Below, one piece after another: positions 37,901-49,900 of a stretch of 64,000 nt of DNA. Made by a program: the position numbers and the translations under genes. The notes under the pieces are model-generated. The model was not told where the DNA came from. It was given only the letters and a program-made list of their open reading frames with translations, and searched no databases. The DNA lies in contig NC_092670.1 of assembly GCF_964355755.1 (NCBI RefSeq), positions 38,738,388 through 38,802,387 of the forward strand, in the 5' to 3' direction. The DNA is from Antedon mediterranea (lineage: Eukaryota; Animalia; Echinodermata). How positions within the stretch are numbered: the first letter of the stretch is position 1; each line of letters opens with the position of its first letter.

Positions 37901-39001
37901 TCTGTAATTTTCTCTTCCTTTGGCTCTGGTGCCTTCTCTGTATCCTTCAACACTCTGTCAGTTTCTGAATCACTAGCTCCATTAAATTCTAAATATTATT
38001 AAAGCACATATTTTAGCACTGTCACTGTATTAGCATTTAAAATTATATTATTACTATATATACCATACCGAATATGTATTTAATTTTAAACAAAAATAAA
38101 CTGAAATCTTTTTTCTTCATTGCATTTTTTAAATATAATGTCTATATTTATAAAGAGAGCTATTAATAAATTTCCCATCTAAAAAGGAGATAGGGCCTAT
38201 GCATGACCAAGTTTCTCATGTACTTTACCTTGTTGAAGTTGCTGAATATCAATGTAACCGAGATGCACCGCAACACCACACCCGACAATAACAACCACAA
38301 TGGACAATACTAAAAACTTGGTCAAACTACTTGAAGAAGTATTACTGTCTTTGTCAGATTTGGCTGTCTTGCTCTTCCCATTTTGTGAATTACTTGCATC
38401 TCCTAAAATATACAAAATACTTCAAACTACAGTGACAATTTTGGTATAAATTGGTATACACTATGCTACACCCCAGCCTGTATAATGTATTAATTATCAT
38501 TATTAATCATTTTGATAGATTCAAGATTCATTTGAAATACGGAGTTAGGCCCTACTGTAACACAGAATAATTTCAAAATTGTAACTCATTAAAACTAGGA
38601 ACAGGATAATTACTATGACAAATCCTGGACCTAGGCCTAGTTAGTATATAGTAAGCATGCCTACTAGGCCTAAATGATTTTAGTATTCTTAGCCATGTAT
38701 TCTAGGTAGGCCTAGCCTTGCCCTACTAGTTTCCGCTAACATATGGGGCTAGTCTGTCTGGTGAGGGTATCTGGCGACCGGGCAACTGAACTGAGGCCAG
38801 ATATTATTATTAGCTAGGCCTAGGCCTACTATGAGGAGGCCTAGGCCTAGTTAGTCTACTCTAGGCCTACCTAGTAGCTAGCCTCGGCCTAAAAGCGGTT
38901 AGGCCTGGCTATGATTATGTACGCTAGAAAAATAGTTGAAATAAAGTGGTTCACTAACCTTTACCTTTATCCTTAATACGTTTTCTTGCTTTAGGTGGCA
39001 T
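28914..39001 (-). CDS. ASPH: Aspartyl/asparaginyl beta-hydroxylase (type II TM, KEKAPEPK repeat stalk, TPR-like region, 2OG-Fe(II) oxygenase)
   Basis: 11 exons: 39001-38959, 38402-38229, 37988-36826, 36402-36266, 35914-35814, 34471-34335, 32842-32651, 32094-31957, 31504-31369, 30344-30122, 29064-28914. Motifs [78 protein letters not shown]. Confidence 0.95.
29129..29941. repeat. 21-bp array (ccccaaatatggtagtgacat) x about 36, expanded inside a family-A MITE
   Basis: Flanked by MITE-A sequence (gtgacaaaaaagtatgat on the left, atgggcacatcaca...gtagacagagct on the right). Confidence 0.95.
30685..31201. mobile_element. TTAA-flanked non-autonomous DNA transposon related to 3105-4197
   Basis: ttaa-agatgtattgt ... 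acaatacatct-ttaa. Confidence 0.7.
32160..32385 (+). mobile_element. SINE fragment resembling the Meta-domain core
   Basis: ggtaaaggacta...gtgcactttaaagaaaacccc...cccaggtgtactg...tattaccattat tail. Resemblance recalled from memory, not searched. Confidence 0.4.
33047..33865. mobile_element. Foldback-type MITE with 15-bp tandem units in long TIRs, 7-bp TSD tttaaac
   Basis: aagtcaactcggcct units on the left and aggccgagttgactt units on the right. The TIR extends to aaagtatggaacgcaaaaagtgc / gcactttttgcgttccatacttt. TSD at 33040-33046 and 33866-33872. Confidence 0.85.
36030..36233. mobile_element. Small hAT-like MITE (relatives near 26022 and 27550-27742)
   Basis: cagtggcttaac ... gttacgccactg, flanks tatgtgtg / tatgtgta, shared ggctaaacccaggg core. 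Confidence 0.6.
37200..37937 (-). repeat. Coding 24-bp repeat (KEKAPEPK) x about 30 in ASPH exon 3
   Basis: ttctctttctttggctctggtgcc units, in frame within exon 37988-36826. Confidence 0.95.
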
Positions 39002-40973
39002 GGTTTATTGTGTCCTTTTTTATATAACAAATGAAGATTTCTTGTTGCAGACTATCTACCCAGTCTATCATCAATCACTCTTTCGATCTTCTTCTCCAGG
39101 TCAGCCTATAGAAAACACCGGTATGACACACAGTCGCGACAAGAAGAGTCCACGTCGCACTTTACTACACACACGGTGGGTTCGTGTGGACACCTCGACT
39201 ACCACCGGAAAACATGTGAATGAGCATATTGAGGGCGACAAAGCGAAATTATTTAGGATCAGAGGAGAATTTTTTTTAGAAGAATTCAGATTTAGGAAAT
39301 TGTATTAAATATTGCGCCAGGCCCTAATTAGGTGGTAGTAGGCTGGCCTGGCATATATCACTTTATTTCAAACACATTTATGATCTAATAAAAGTATTTA
39401 AAAAAGCATTGTCCTTACTTAAAATCTACAGCCGTAGAAACTTGCCCTTTTCTAGGCTAGACTCAATTATAAAAACAGATTTACTTGTTTTGTAGATACC
39501 GAGTCCGAGATTACTTAATTCATATATTGGCATTGAATCCACTATTGATATTTTCTTTAATTGCTTATCTTTATTTAAAATCCCAAATTAAGAGTTGTTG
39601 CAATGGGTTCTTGTTGAACAGGACCATGTCGATGTTTTTTTTTTGTCTTGTTTTTTTATGCATTCCAGTCTGTAAATAGGCACCTCACCCCCCCCCCCCC
39701 CCACCGCTGTTGATAGCGAATTGAAATAAAATCAAATAAAAGTAAAATAAATAGGCCTAATATAGGCCTAGGCCTAGCCTAACCTAGGCTATAGCCTAGC
39801 TAGACTTAGTATAGGCCCACTAAGCCTAATTAATAATACTAGGTAGGCCTGGCTAGGTCTATATAAGTACGTCACTTCTAGGCCTATAGCCTACACCTTC
39901 ATAGCATACATGCTGTGTGTTTGTTAAAAACAAGGCATAGGCCTAGGCCTAGGCCTAGCCTCACGCCGGGCCCGGGGCCTAGGACTAGGCCTAGCCTAGC
40001 TAGCATTCTACCTAGCCTAGCCTATTACTAGGCTAAGCGCGCCTTCTAGCATAAGCCTACCCACTCTAGGCAAAGACTTGCGTATTTATAAGATATCCTG
40101 ATGCACTTACAAATGTGTCCAGTAAATATTTCGTTGATTTAAATAGGCTACGTGTCAGGGATGTGTAAGTGTACTCGCGACTGGATGATAACTTTTTACC
40201 GCCAGTCCGGAAATCCGCTGATGCTGCTCCTCTGTGATTGGTCAGTAGTTCGTTCGAATCGTCTGCTACTATAACCACGTGCTCGGAGGATAAACCAATC
40301 AAATCGCAGAAGAAACTAATCGTCGTGAGGATTAGAAACAGCCACAAAGTATATTAACCGATAATTAACGATAAAAGATCATGCGGTTTTAATCTATTCC
40401 ACTCGAGAAAAGAAACATAAACCAATAATTATATCATTAAAATTAGATAATTATCGGACAAATGCGATAATGTTTTTAACCATTTACCCGGAAAAATTGG
40501 TTGTTCGATAATGACTGATCATGCACACTTTATTTTTTAAAAATAATTATCTGATTGGTTGAAAAAAATAATTTATGGACGCGCATAAGAGAGCTAAACG
40601 AACTGAAATTGACACACAAAACTACATAACAATAAGTTTATTCTCTGTACAATTTTTTTTCATGATTACAAATTGCACTCTCAATTGTTACGTTATATAA
40701 CATAAATAAATTTAAATAAATAAACGTAATTTCTGTTCTTTCATTTTTACATAACCATTATTATTATTAAGCTATTTAAACTTATTAAAATTGATTAATA
40801 ATCGTGAACAAACAAGTAAATGTAACTAAGTAATATAATTGAATTTCAGGTCTTTAGGCCTTTCTTTATGTCCTGAGATGAAACCATTCATAATACTTAG
40901 CCCAACGTCCCGGGTATACAGCGGGTATGATGACCTGCCTTTCCAGGAACGTTGAATGAAGCTCATAGGCCTA

Positions 40974-43900
40974 CTAAACGTGCATTACACCTTGGTTGAA
41001 AGGATCATTGATGATATTGCCATGAATGTCAATAAATAACGGAAGATACGTCAAGAAGTCAAGGAAGTCAACAATACCATTACCTTCACGACCGAACTTG
41101 TTCACAACCTGAAGGAAACAGATCGAAATAAGTGTACTGACGAAATAATAAAACAATAAAAAGGAACAATGGAATCGTTGAAAAAATAGCAGACGTACAA
41201 ACTTAATATTGTCTTTGCTTAGTCCTCCTGCTTGCAACTCAACTGATAGATTATCGATGGTAACCTCTCCAGGATACGTCTCGTCATCCTCATCCTCCAG
41301 CAGTTGAAAAAGTTCCTTAAAAATGACAAAATAATATATCAATAGTTAAGTTTACAGTACATTGATGGGTGGACGAATTAAAGCAACCACGGACAGTGAC
41401 GTAAAAGCAACCGTTCAATGTTTACGTAGAAGATTGCCGATTATTGTTAACGATAGCATCGAATAACGTTGACAGAGAAACAGGCTTCAAGCAACACGTG
41501 GACGGGTTGGTAAATACAAACACGGACGTCTGTGAATGAATTTGTTTCCAACAGATAAATTAATTATTAATAATGATTATATTAATTACCTTGGCTCGTT
41601 GCATCTTGACATCAAGAGCTTCAAAATCCATTTTATTTATCATTTTCTTCACGAAAGGTCTATAAAAATGAATGGAAAGTGAAAGCCTACTGCAGTGCAA
41701 TAATAATAATAAGCTATATCCTTACGCGTGGTTCCCACTAGGACGCAACGCAAGGACGTAAGCGCAACGCAAACAAACTGACCAATCACACGAATTATTC
41801 GAACTGTCGCTTGTCATTGGTCAACTCGCTTGCGTTGCGTTGCGTCTACGTCATTGCGTTGCGTCCTAGTGGGAACCAAGCATTACGTTGTATAACCCAC
41901 CAATAAAGTTTCCAACTGCGGATTCGATACACGTCTTAACACAACGAAAACGTACCATTACGTCACGATTTATAGACTTAATTGTCATGGTATAAAAAAT
42001 ATATTTTCACTTACTCTAGTCTGGAAACTTTCTCTGATAAGGCAGCTACAACCGTAAATAGTTTAAAGTTTAGCTTGTGACGTTGTGGTAAATTTAAAAC
42101 CTAAAAATAATAATAAATACGTAGAGATAAAAAGCTTTCTTGGACACGTCCCTTAAGCGTGGTTGTTTCCACTAGAACGCAACGCAGTGACGTATTGACG
42201 CAACGTGCTGTATTGCGTAATCACAAGTGGGAACTGACGATGCAAACATCACAGGTTTGATTTCACGCCGGCGGAGGCAAACACAATTATTGGAAGGGAA
42301 TTTTCTTACGTTGCGTAGGCTGCGTTACGTTGCGTCGCTAGTGTGAACCAGGCGTTCTTAGTTGTTTCTCATTTACAGACAAATTATTCTCTTAAAATAC
42401 AAACATTGGTATGATTAAGATTAACGATAATAATTATAATATTATTTTATAACTCACGTGATACACATATTGGCATTCCTTCTTTGTGATAAGTTGTCCG
42501 TTTACTTGTTGTAATAACGGTTCAATGTCTGAAATGTTCATGTCATGTTCCTGTAAAGAAAAATACAGGTCATATTATACTATCTTCTATATACAGTAGG
42601 TATACCTTAGGTCATCATCTACGTACGTCACAATTCTGAAAAGCAAAATGTTCACGACTACGCACGTACCTATCGAGTTAAACAAATCTGGGCCAGCATG
42701 CTCATTTTGTTTCTGATGCTCGGACTACACTATCAAACTTTATGTGACAACAAAATGTGATGTATAACATGGACATGATGATGTCATATCACTACCATAT
42801 TTGGGCATATCACTACCATTTGGGCACATCACACTTTTATTTGTCAAACTATCTAGTTAAGGGTGACATCTCACTCTCGACAGCTGAGTAGTCTTTTCTT
42901 TAATCGTTTGATATTCTTTGATTTGAACCAAACTCACCTCAAGCGGATTCATCTTATTATACAGACCACTCTGTGCGCGCCTAAACTCAGGATTGGCCGC
43001 TGCCCGGTTGACCTCTTCGCGCCTTTTCTGTTCACTAACTTGCGCAGTAATCAATGAACTCTCTTCCTTCAGCTCCGACAGCCATCTTTCCATATCCTCA
43101 AGTTTCTCGTTTGCACGCCCTTGAGCAAGTTTAGCTTTTCTGACATTTGGATCGTTTTCAATCTATATGAAAAAGATAAATTAATAGACCTAGGCTTAAA
43201 TGTCAAAATACGGTAACTTATAAGCCTTCAAGAGGCAAGTGCAATATTGTCCATACCATTTACAAATAACACTTACCATACGCATGGTTGCAGACGACGT
43301 GCGAGCAACAATTTGATCATCTGTTAGTTGTTCTAGGTCAACTTGACGCATTTTGGCGGGACTTGCCCGAGGTGAACCACGAGGTGTTGCTTCAGGAGTC
43401 GCACCTACTGTGATTGTTGAATGGTTTTTGTCATCTTTTTTGGTCGCTTTCTTTCCTTTACCTCCTAAAGACGCAAGACCCATTTATAAATATTCCATCA
43501 AATCAAAATAAACATTTATTTCCTTCAAAAGCGGAAAAGATTATATTGAAACAAAATCAATAACAGCAATGAAAAAGGTTTCAAGAAGAAAATGTAACGT
43601 ACACTACACTAACGTATAACTTTTACCAGAGAATCATAAAAGAATTCTGTATAATAATAAATAGAAAGCAAAAGAAGGTGGCAACCTCCAAAAGGCAAGC
43701 CTGTGTGGGAGGAGTCAGAAGGTGGCAACCTCCAAAAGGCAAGCCTGTGTGGGAGGAGCCATAAAAAAGTATATAGGCCTACTCTTAGTTTTCAAAACTA
43801 GGAGTTTTATTAAAAGAAGCTTATAGCCTCGACTCCAGATCCAGCAAATGCTTCGCTCCGGAATCAAGTAAACAAGAATCTTAGGGCCTAAGAGGTACCG

Positions 43901-46900
43901 TATTACTTAGGCCTACCTTTTTTCTTCTTCTTGCCAGTTTCATTCTGTGCTGCAGCGCCTCCTTGCTCTCGCACTGTCTTTTCAAGTAGTTCAGTTCGAG
44001 CTAGCTGTTTAACTCTCGTTTCATATTGCTCTAAAGAAGAAAAATGTTCTTAAATGTTAAAAAAAATATATTGGCAATAAAGATTTCCTCAGACCTAAGA
44101 TCTATCTACACTATCAAACTTTAAAAAAAGTGTGATGTACCCAAATATTGTAGTGATATGCTTAAATATAGTAGTGATATGACATCATCATGTCCATATA
44201 TATGGACACATCACATTTTGTTGTCACATAACGTTTAGTGTAGCTTTATTTTGTTACCTTGGTGCTCGTAAATTTGGGCGTAGAGTTTCTCAATTTTGGA
44301 GTAAACGTTGTCTAGAATGAAGTTTAGTTTATCAAGGCGAGCTTGAAGCAAAATCTACAAAACAAAGTAAAACAACAATTTTTATCAGAAAGTAACAGTA
44401 TTCATTTTAAAAAACACACTAAAAACTAGGCCTAAAAAGTTACATTTGATTAGTGAAACTAAAGAATAATCTTACGGAATCTTCACTTGGTTCAACCCCT
44501 GAAGAAAGAGTCGTAGACTGCTCAAGGTCGCTAGTAGGACTGTCTGATGTTTTTCTATTGTCTGACTCTGCTTTTGCTATTTCAGTTGGACTTATGTATT
44601 CTTCAGCATCTGGTGATTCTGCCGTACTACTAGCTGTTACAAAAGTGTTCTGAAAGTCGTTACTTTTACTTGTAGAACTAATGAACGATGGTTGTGCTGT
44701 AACGTCTGCAGTTGAGAAGCTACTGTCCCATGTATTTTCTTCAAAGTATTCGTCACTATCTTTCTTTGAATTTGTAAACTCTCTGAAAACTCGTTGATAA
44801 AAGCCAATTCGTGTTTTCCTGTTTAAAATAGTCAATGAAAATAAATTATGTAATTCAATTTATTGTCATTTGTAAATATATACAACAATATTTATATGCG
44901 TCAAGTTGACCTTGAACAACTAACAGATGATCAAATTGTTGCTCGCACGTCGTCTGCAACCATGCGTATGTTAAAATTTATATATTTATATACATTGAAA
45001 TTAATTGAACGGTTTCGGCTAACAACAAATAAATAGAACTATAAGGTGAAACTAAACCCCACCGGACACCATCCCGGTACTGGTGTATTTTTGTTAGAAG
45101 AGTAAGTAAAATTTGAACACGATCACAATCGATAATTAATGACGTCATTTACGTGCGCGCCAACTTTGGCCATGTCATGTCATTAGTGATTATGAAAAGA
45201 AAAGTTATAAATAAACACTTACTGAACGATGCAATATTTGGCAAGACAGTCTAGGGGGTCTCTGAGTATAGGGTCTGGGCTTTCTGGAAGGGAAGTCCGC
45301 TTTGGTCGATTCCACGACTTTTTCAGTTTTCTAAATTTAAAAAGAAATACCTATAAGTTACTGGTACTAGCCCTAAACTAATGGAAACACTATAGCAATC
45401 CATAAGGCATGCGATTCGATTATTCCTACCTCATTTTTCGCTTCCAAATAATTGGTTCCCGTTTAGGAGCAACGGGAGAGGGCAAAGGAATTGGAGTTGG
45501 GGTCCGGGGCGGAGGAGTTTCTTCTTTCGGCTGAATGACCGGCGTCGCTGGTAAGGGAGGTAGCACCAATGGTTCCTGTACTGGTTTTCGTAGTGGTGGT
45601 GGTGGTTCTGGTTCCGGTGGTATTCGTTCTGGTACTATTGGTAGTTTTGGTAGTTCAACCTTTTCATTTTGAAAGAGAAATACAATAATTATCATAACTA
45701 TCTATCTCAGTATATGTATGTAGTAATAGTATTATATCAATAGTTAGCAAATAATTTATATAGGCCTTTAGGAATACACCATACCTGTTTAGGCTTCTTA
45801 ACGGGAGGAATCTTCTTTCTTTTGTTTATCTTCTTTTGTTGATATTTTGGTTTTGTTTCTTTAACTGTAGTCTTCAAATCTAATATAAATCCACGTTAAA
45901 AGTGAGTATAAGTCCCTACTCAGATTGTATACCGTATTGTATGTGTAATCTATAGGCCTATATTTCGTTGAAGTTGTACAACCATGGAGTTATCAATTAT
46001 TGCTCCATGGTACAACCATGGATTACCAAACCAAATTATTTCACTGTAATGATTCTTGATATTCGATATTAGTTACATCCTCATTTCACTACGTCTAAAT
46101 GCCACCAAAGAGTTAAAAAGCAGTTTAAAAATGTTAGAAAAGGAGGAGAGACGCATCTTTTGACAAAATGCTGGTCAATATTTTGTCTCTCATAAAGGTG
46201 ATGAGATTACTGGATAGGAGGATGGTGTTAGTTCACTCATTTACCTGGCTGTTTCAGCGCTTTTTCTACTTTCGGTAATTTGGGAGGCGGCAGTTCTTTT
46301 AACGTATGTTTTTCTTCTGGTTTTTTGATTGGCTTTACTAACACTATAATAGGAGATGATTAAGCAAAGATGGAAACATAAGAATGACTTTATAAATGGA
46401 TATGATGGTGACGAAGATAATAGTAGAAGTTTGATAAATGTGACAAGTTGATTGGTAATATGAATGACAGTTATAGTGATGATAGTGAGATATGAAAATG
46501 ATTGTATTGCTGACGTCATGTTGATATAATCATAATATCCAAAATAGATAGCACCGTAATATAATTTATATACAAAAATATGAAATGCAAATAGATAACG
46601 TGATCTAAAAAGCCGTAATATATGTTTGTAAGAGAAAATAATGTGAAGTTATGATAATATAGTCTATATATTGCAATTAGTAAATATTTTCTGTAAATCA
46701 TTCAACAAAGAGACACAAAGTTGACGCGCGCGTACAACAGTCACTGTTGTACGCGCGCGCCAGCATTGTGTCTGAGTCGTACAATAAACATCAGCGTTTG
46801 AACGCGAACACGTTCTCTTTATGAGGGTGCTAACAATATAATTAATACTCTATTTAGTAATCAAATTAGCTTTCCACTTTCAATGATTTTAACCCAGATT

Positions 46901-49900
46901 TTACTTGATGACTTACTTGGGTTGGTATCGTCGATTTGTGGTAGTGGAGGAGGTTTTGGTGGCGGATCCTTTGGGGGTGGTGGTGTTGGTTCACGCGGGG
47001 GTATTGGGGTTTGTTCTTTCTCTGGTGGTGGAGTTGGTTCATTGTCAGAAGGTGGCCGTGGGATTTCGGATGGGTAGTCTGGTGTTGGATAGCGATCTGG
47101 AGTAGGGGGTTGTTCAATAGGATGTGTGTCAGCTGAGTTTGTAGAAGAAGGTACCCTCGTTTCAATATCTACGTATAAAGAAATAGTGACGAAGAAACTA
47201 CAAGTTGTAATTCTATAAATCTAAAATAATCTAAAATATTAATGAAGAAGTACGAGTTCCAATGCTATAAATCTAAAATAATTCAAGATATTAAAAGAAA
47301 TACAGTAGGCCTGCATTGGGAAGATCAGGAAATCTGCTAATAACAAGTTTATAAAAAGTTCAATTTCGAGATAATAATGATAATAATAATAATAATAATA
47401 ATAATAAGATTTTTATAAGTGTTTAGTAAAAAAAGCAAGTCTATGAATCCGAAAATAATAAAAACAAGAGAAAGTATTAAATCATTGAAATATAATATAT
47501 TTGAAAATATAATTGATATGAGGGTTAAGGTGTAGATGACAATATGAAAACGACGATTATTTACCTGGCTCGTCATGAACATCTACTTCCTCTTTTTCTT
47601 CTTTTGAATCAGGAATTCTATATACAAAATAAATAGAGAAAGAAAGTATAATTAACAATAGCAACTAAAAACAACCGATAACATTTTGCTAATCATAGTG
47701 TCTTATACAAATAAAATCCAGTAGATATCTTAGAATATTTTTGAGTTACATTTGGACAGGAGTTGGAGAGGGTTCACGACTCTCTTCCCGATTTTCTACG
47801 ACGACGACAGGTGGTGGTGGTGGTGACGTTGGTGGTTCAGGACTAAACCCTACGGGCTCCACTGGTTCTGGTTCCTCTTTATTTTCTTCATCAACCAGCA
47901 ACTCTTCTACTGGTGAAATTGGAGAAGGTGAAGGTGAAGGCGATGGAAAAGGCGAAGGAGACGGTAAAATAGATGGAACTGGCTTGAGTTTCGATTTAAT
48001 AACTGGGATCTTAGCTTTTTCAGTTTTTTTGGGAGGTTCCCAAAACTCCGTGGTCTTCTTATCAGTATCTTTTTTAAGTTCGAATTTTTTTGGTTCTTTC
48101 CAATCGGAGTCCCGTCTTCTGAATTCCTGTGTTTGTGTAACTGCTTTTGAGCTCTTTTTGATCTCGAACTCTTTGGATTGCGGAATGTCATAGGAGCGAT
48201 TCTGCGAGAACGGATCAATGGCCACAGTCGATTTTGTTTCATTTGGCTTGATTTTAAATGCTTTTGGAGCTGTAATTAAAAACAGTATAACAAAATTGTT
48301 TTAAGATATACGAAGAATGATGGCTGAGGTTCTATTAAGACATTTCGGTAGTTAAATAAAACTTAAGCTCTGTCTACACTATCAAACGTTATGTGACAAA
48401 AGAAATATGATGTTATATCACTACCATATTTGTGTTCATCACATTTTTCCAAACTAGTTTGATACTGTAGACAGACCTTTCCTGCTTCTTATCGTTCATT
48501 GTGTCTTGCCCTAATAACACACATAAATATTCATTACCCTTGTAAAGGTCTTTCCTTAATTCATCTTTCTTGCGTTGTTGTTCTTCTTCGACTTTTCGCC
48601 TAGCCGCCTCTTCCTGTGCCCTTCTTTCTTCCTCTGCTTTCAACCTAGCTTCTTCTCTCTCCTCATCTCTTTGCCTTTGTAGAACTAAGAGTCAAAATAC
48701 ACAGTTAGATGCCAATTGCAAAATATATAAGTGACCCAGGCATGTTTCCTGTGTGCATGCGTAACAAAAATGATTAGTAGACACAACATACATAGGTTAC
48801 GGATTGAACCAGGGAAGAGTGAAATTTATTAAGAGTAATTTCACTCTTCCCCTGGATTGAACTGATTTTTTCTCGATTGCTGAAATCATGCAAAAAAGAG
48901 ATAGAGATGACTCAAATATCTGATCATAAAACCATGCAAACTGACAATTAATACACATTTAACAACATCGTTAGTGGACACCACGGCACAACAAACTGTT
49001 AGATAAAGGATTCGGAGTTGTAACCTTCTGAGCTAATTGATGTTCCGAGTCCTGACGTCATAGATGACTCGTCATCAGTATGATCACCTTTATTCGTGTT
49101 GTGCTTCATTAGAGCTGTTAAGGCAAAGTTTAATACAAGAAAACTGGTTGATTCATACAATATAAAATATCTATTCAATAATGACAAAATAAACAGGTCT
49201 AATTTTCTGTAATGTAAAGCTCAACTCAGACAGCGTCGTACGACGAGGCCCAACGAAACGTCTTGAATCTTCGGTGCTGTCTGAGTTAAATCCCGACGAG
49301 TCTTTCGATAGCTTCGGGCGTAGTTTTTAGGTCGTCGGGAGAACATTAAACATGTTTAACTTTCTCCCGACGAGATGAGTTGTCGGCACTCGTCGTACGA
49401 CGCTGTCTGAGTTGGCCTTAATAATAAACATGCAACATTGAATTCGAATAAGACATGTAGCAAATGACTACTAAATACATATTAATATTGATAACCCAAG
49501 AAAATTCATTCAATATTAATGCAATTACAAAAAGATGATTTTGATATAGTGTATTTGCTTATGATATTGAAATGAAGAACAAAAAGCGTGTTTTATCTAC
49601 ACTATCAAACTTTACGTGACAAAAATACGATGTGCCCATATATGGACATGATGATGTCATATCACTACCATATTTGGGCATATCACACTTTTTTGTCAAA
49701 CTAGTTTGATAGCGTAGACAGAACTTTAGTCAGATCAAGAACTAAGACAATTTTAATGATGAGCGAAAATTTGTAATATTAAAAAAGAAAATGTTATAAT
49801 TACTCAAAATACATTAAAGAAACACCAATATTTATAATTAACAACACAATAGCTTCTTTTTCAATTCCGTACACAATTATTTATGAAAAATCGTGATAAA

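Noticed and set aside
37145-38002. Plus-strand FG-rich and LFLW-rich ORFs (nucleoporin-like look)
   Set aside because: Antisense shadows of the ASPH KEKAPEPK repeat.
47741-48193. Gly/Ser-rich plus-strand ORF (and similar ones at 46883-47105)
   Set aside because: Antisense of Pro-rich coding exons.
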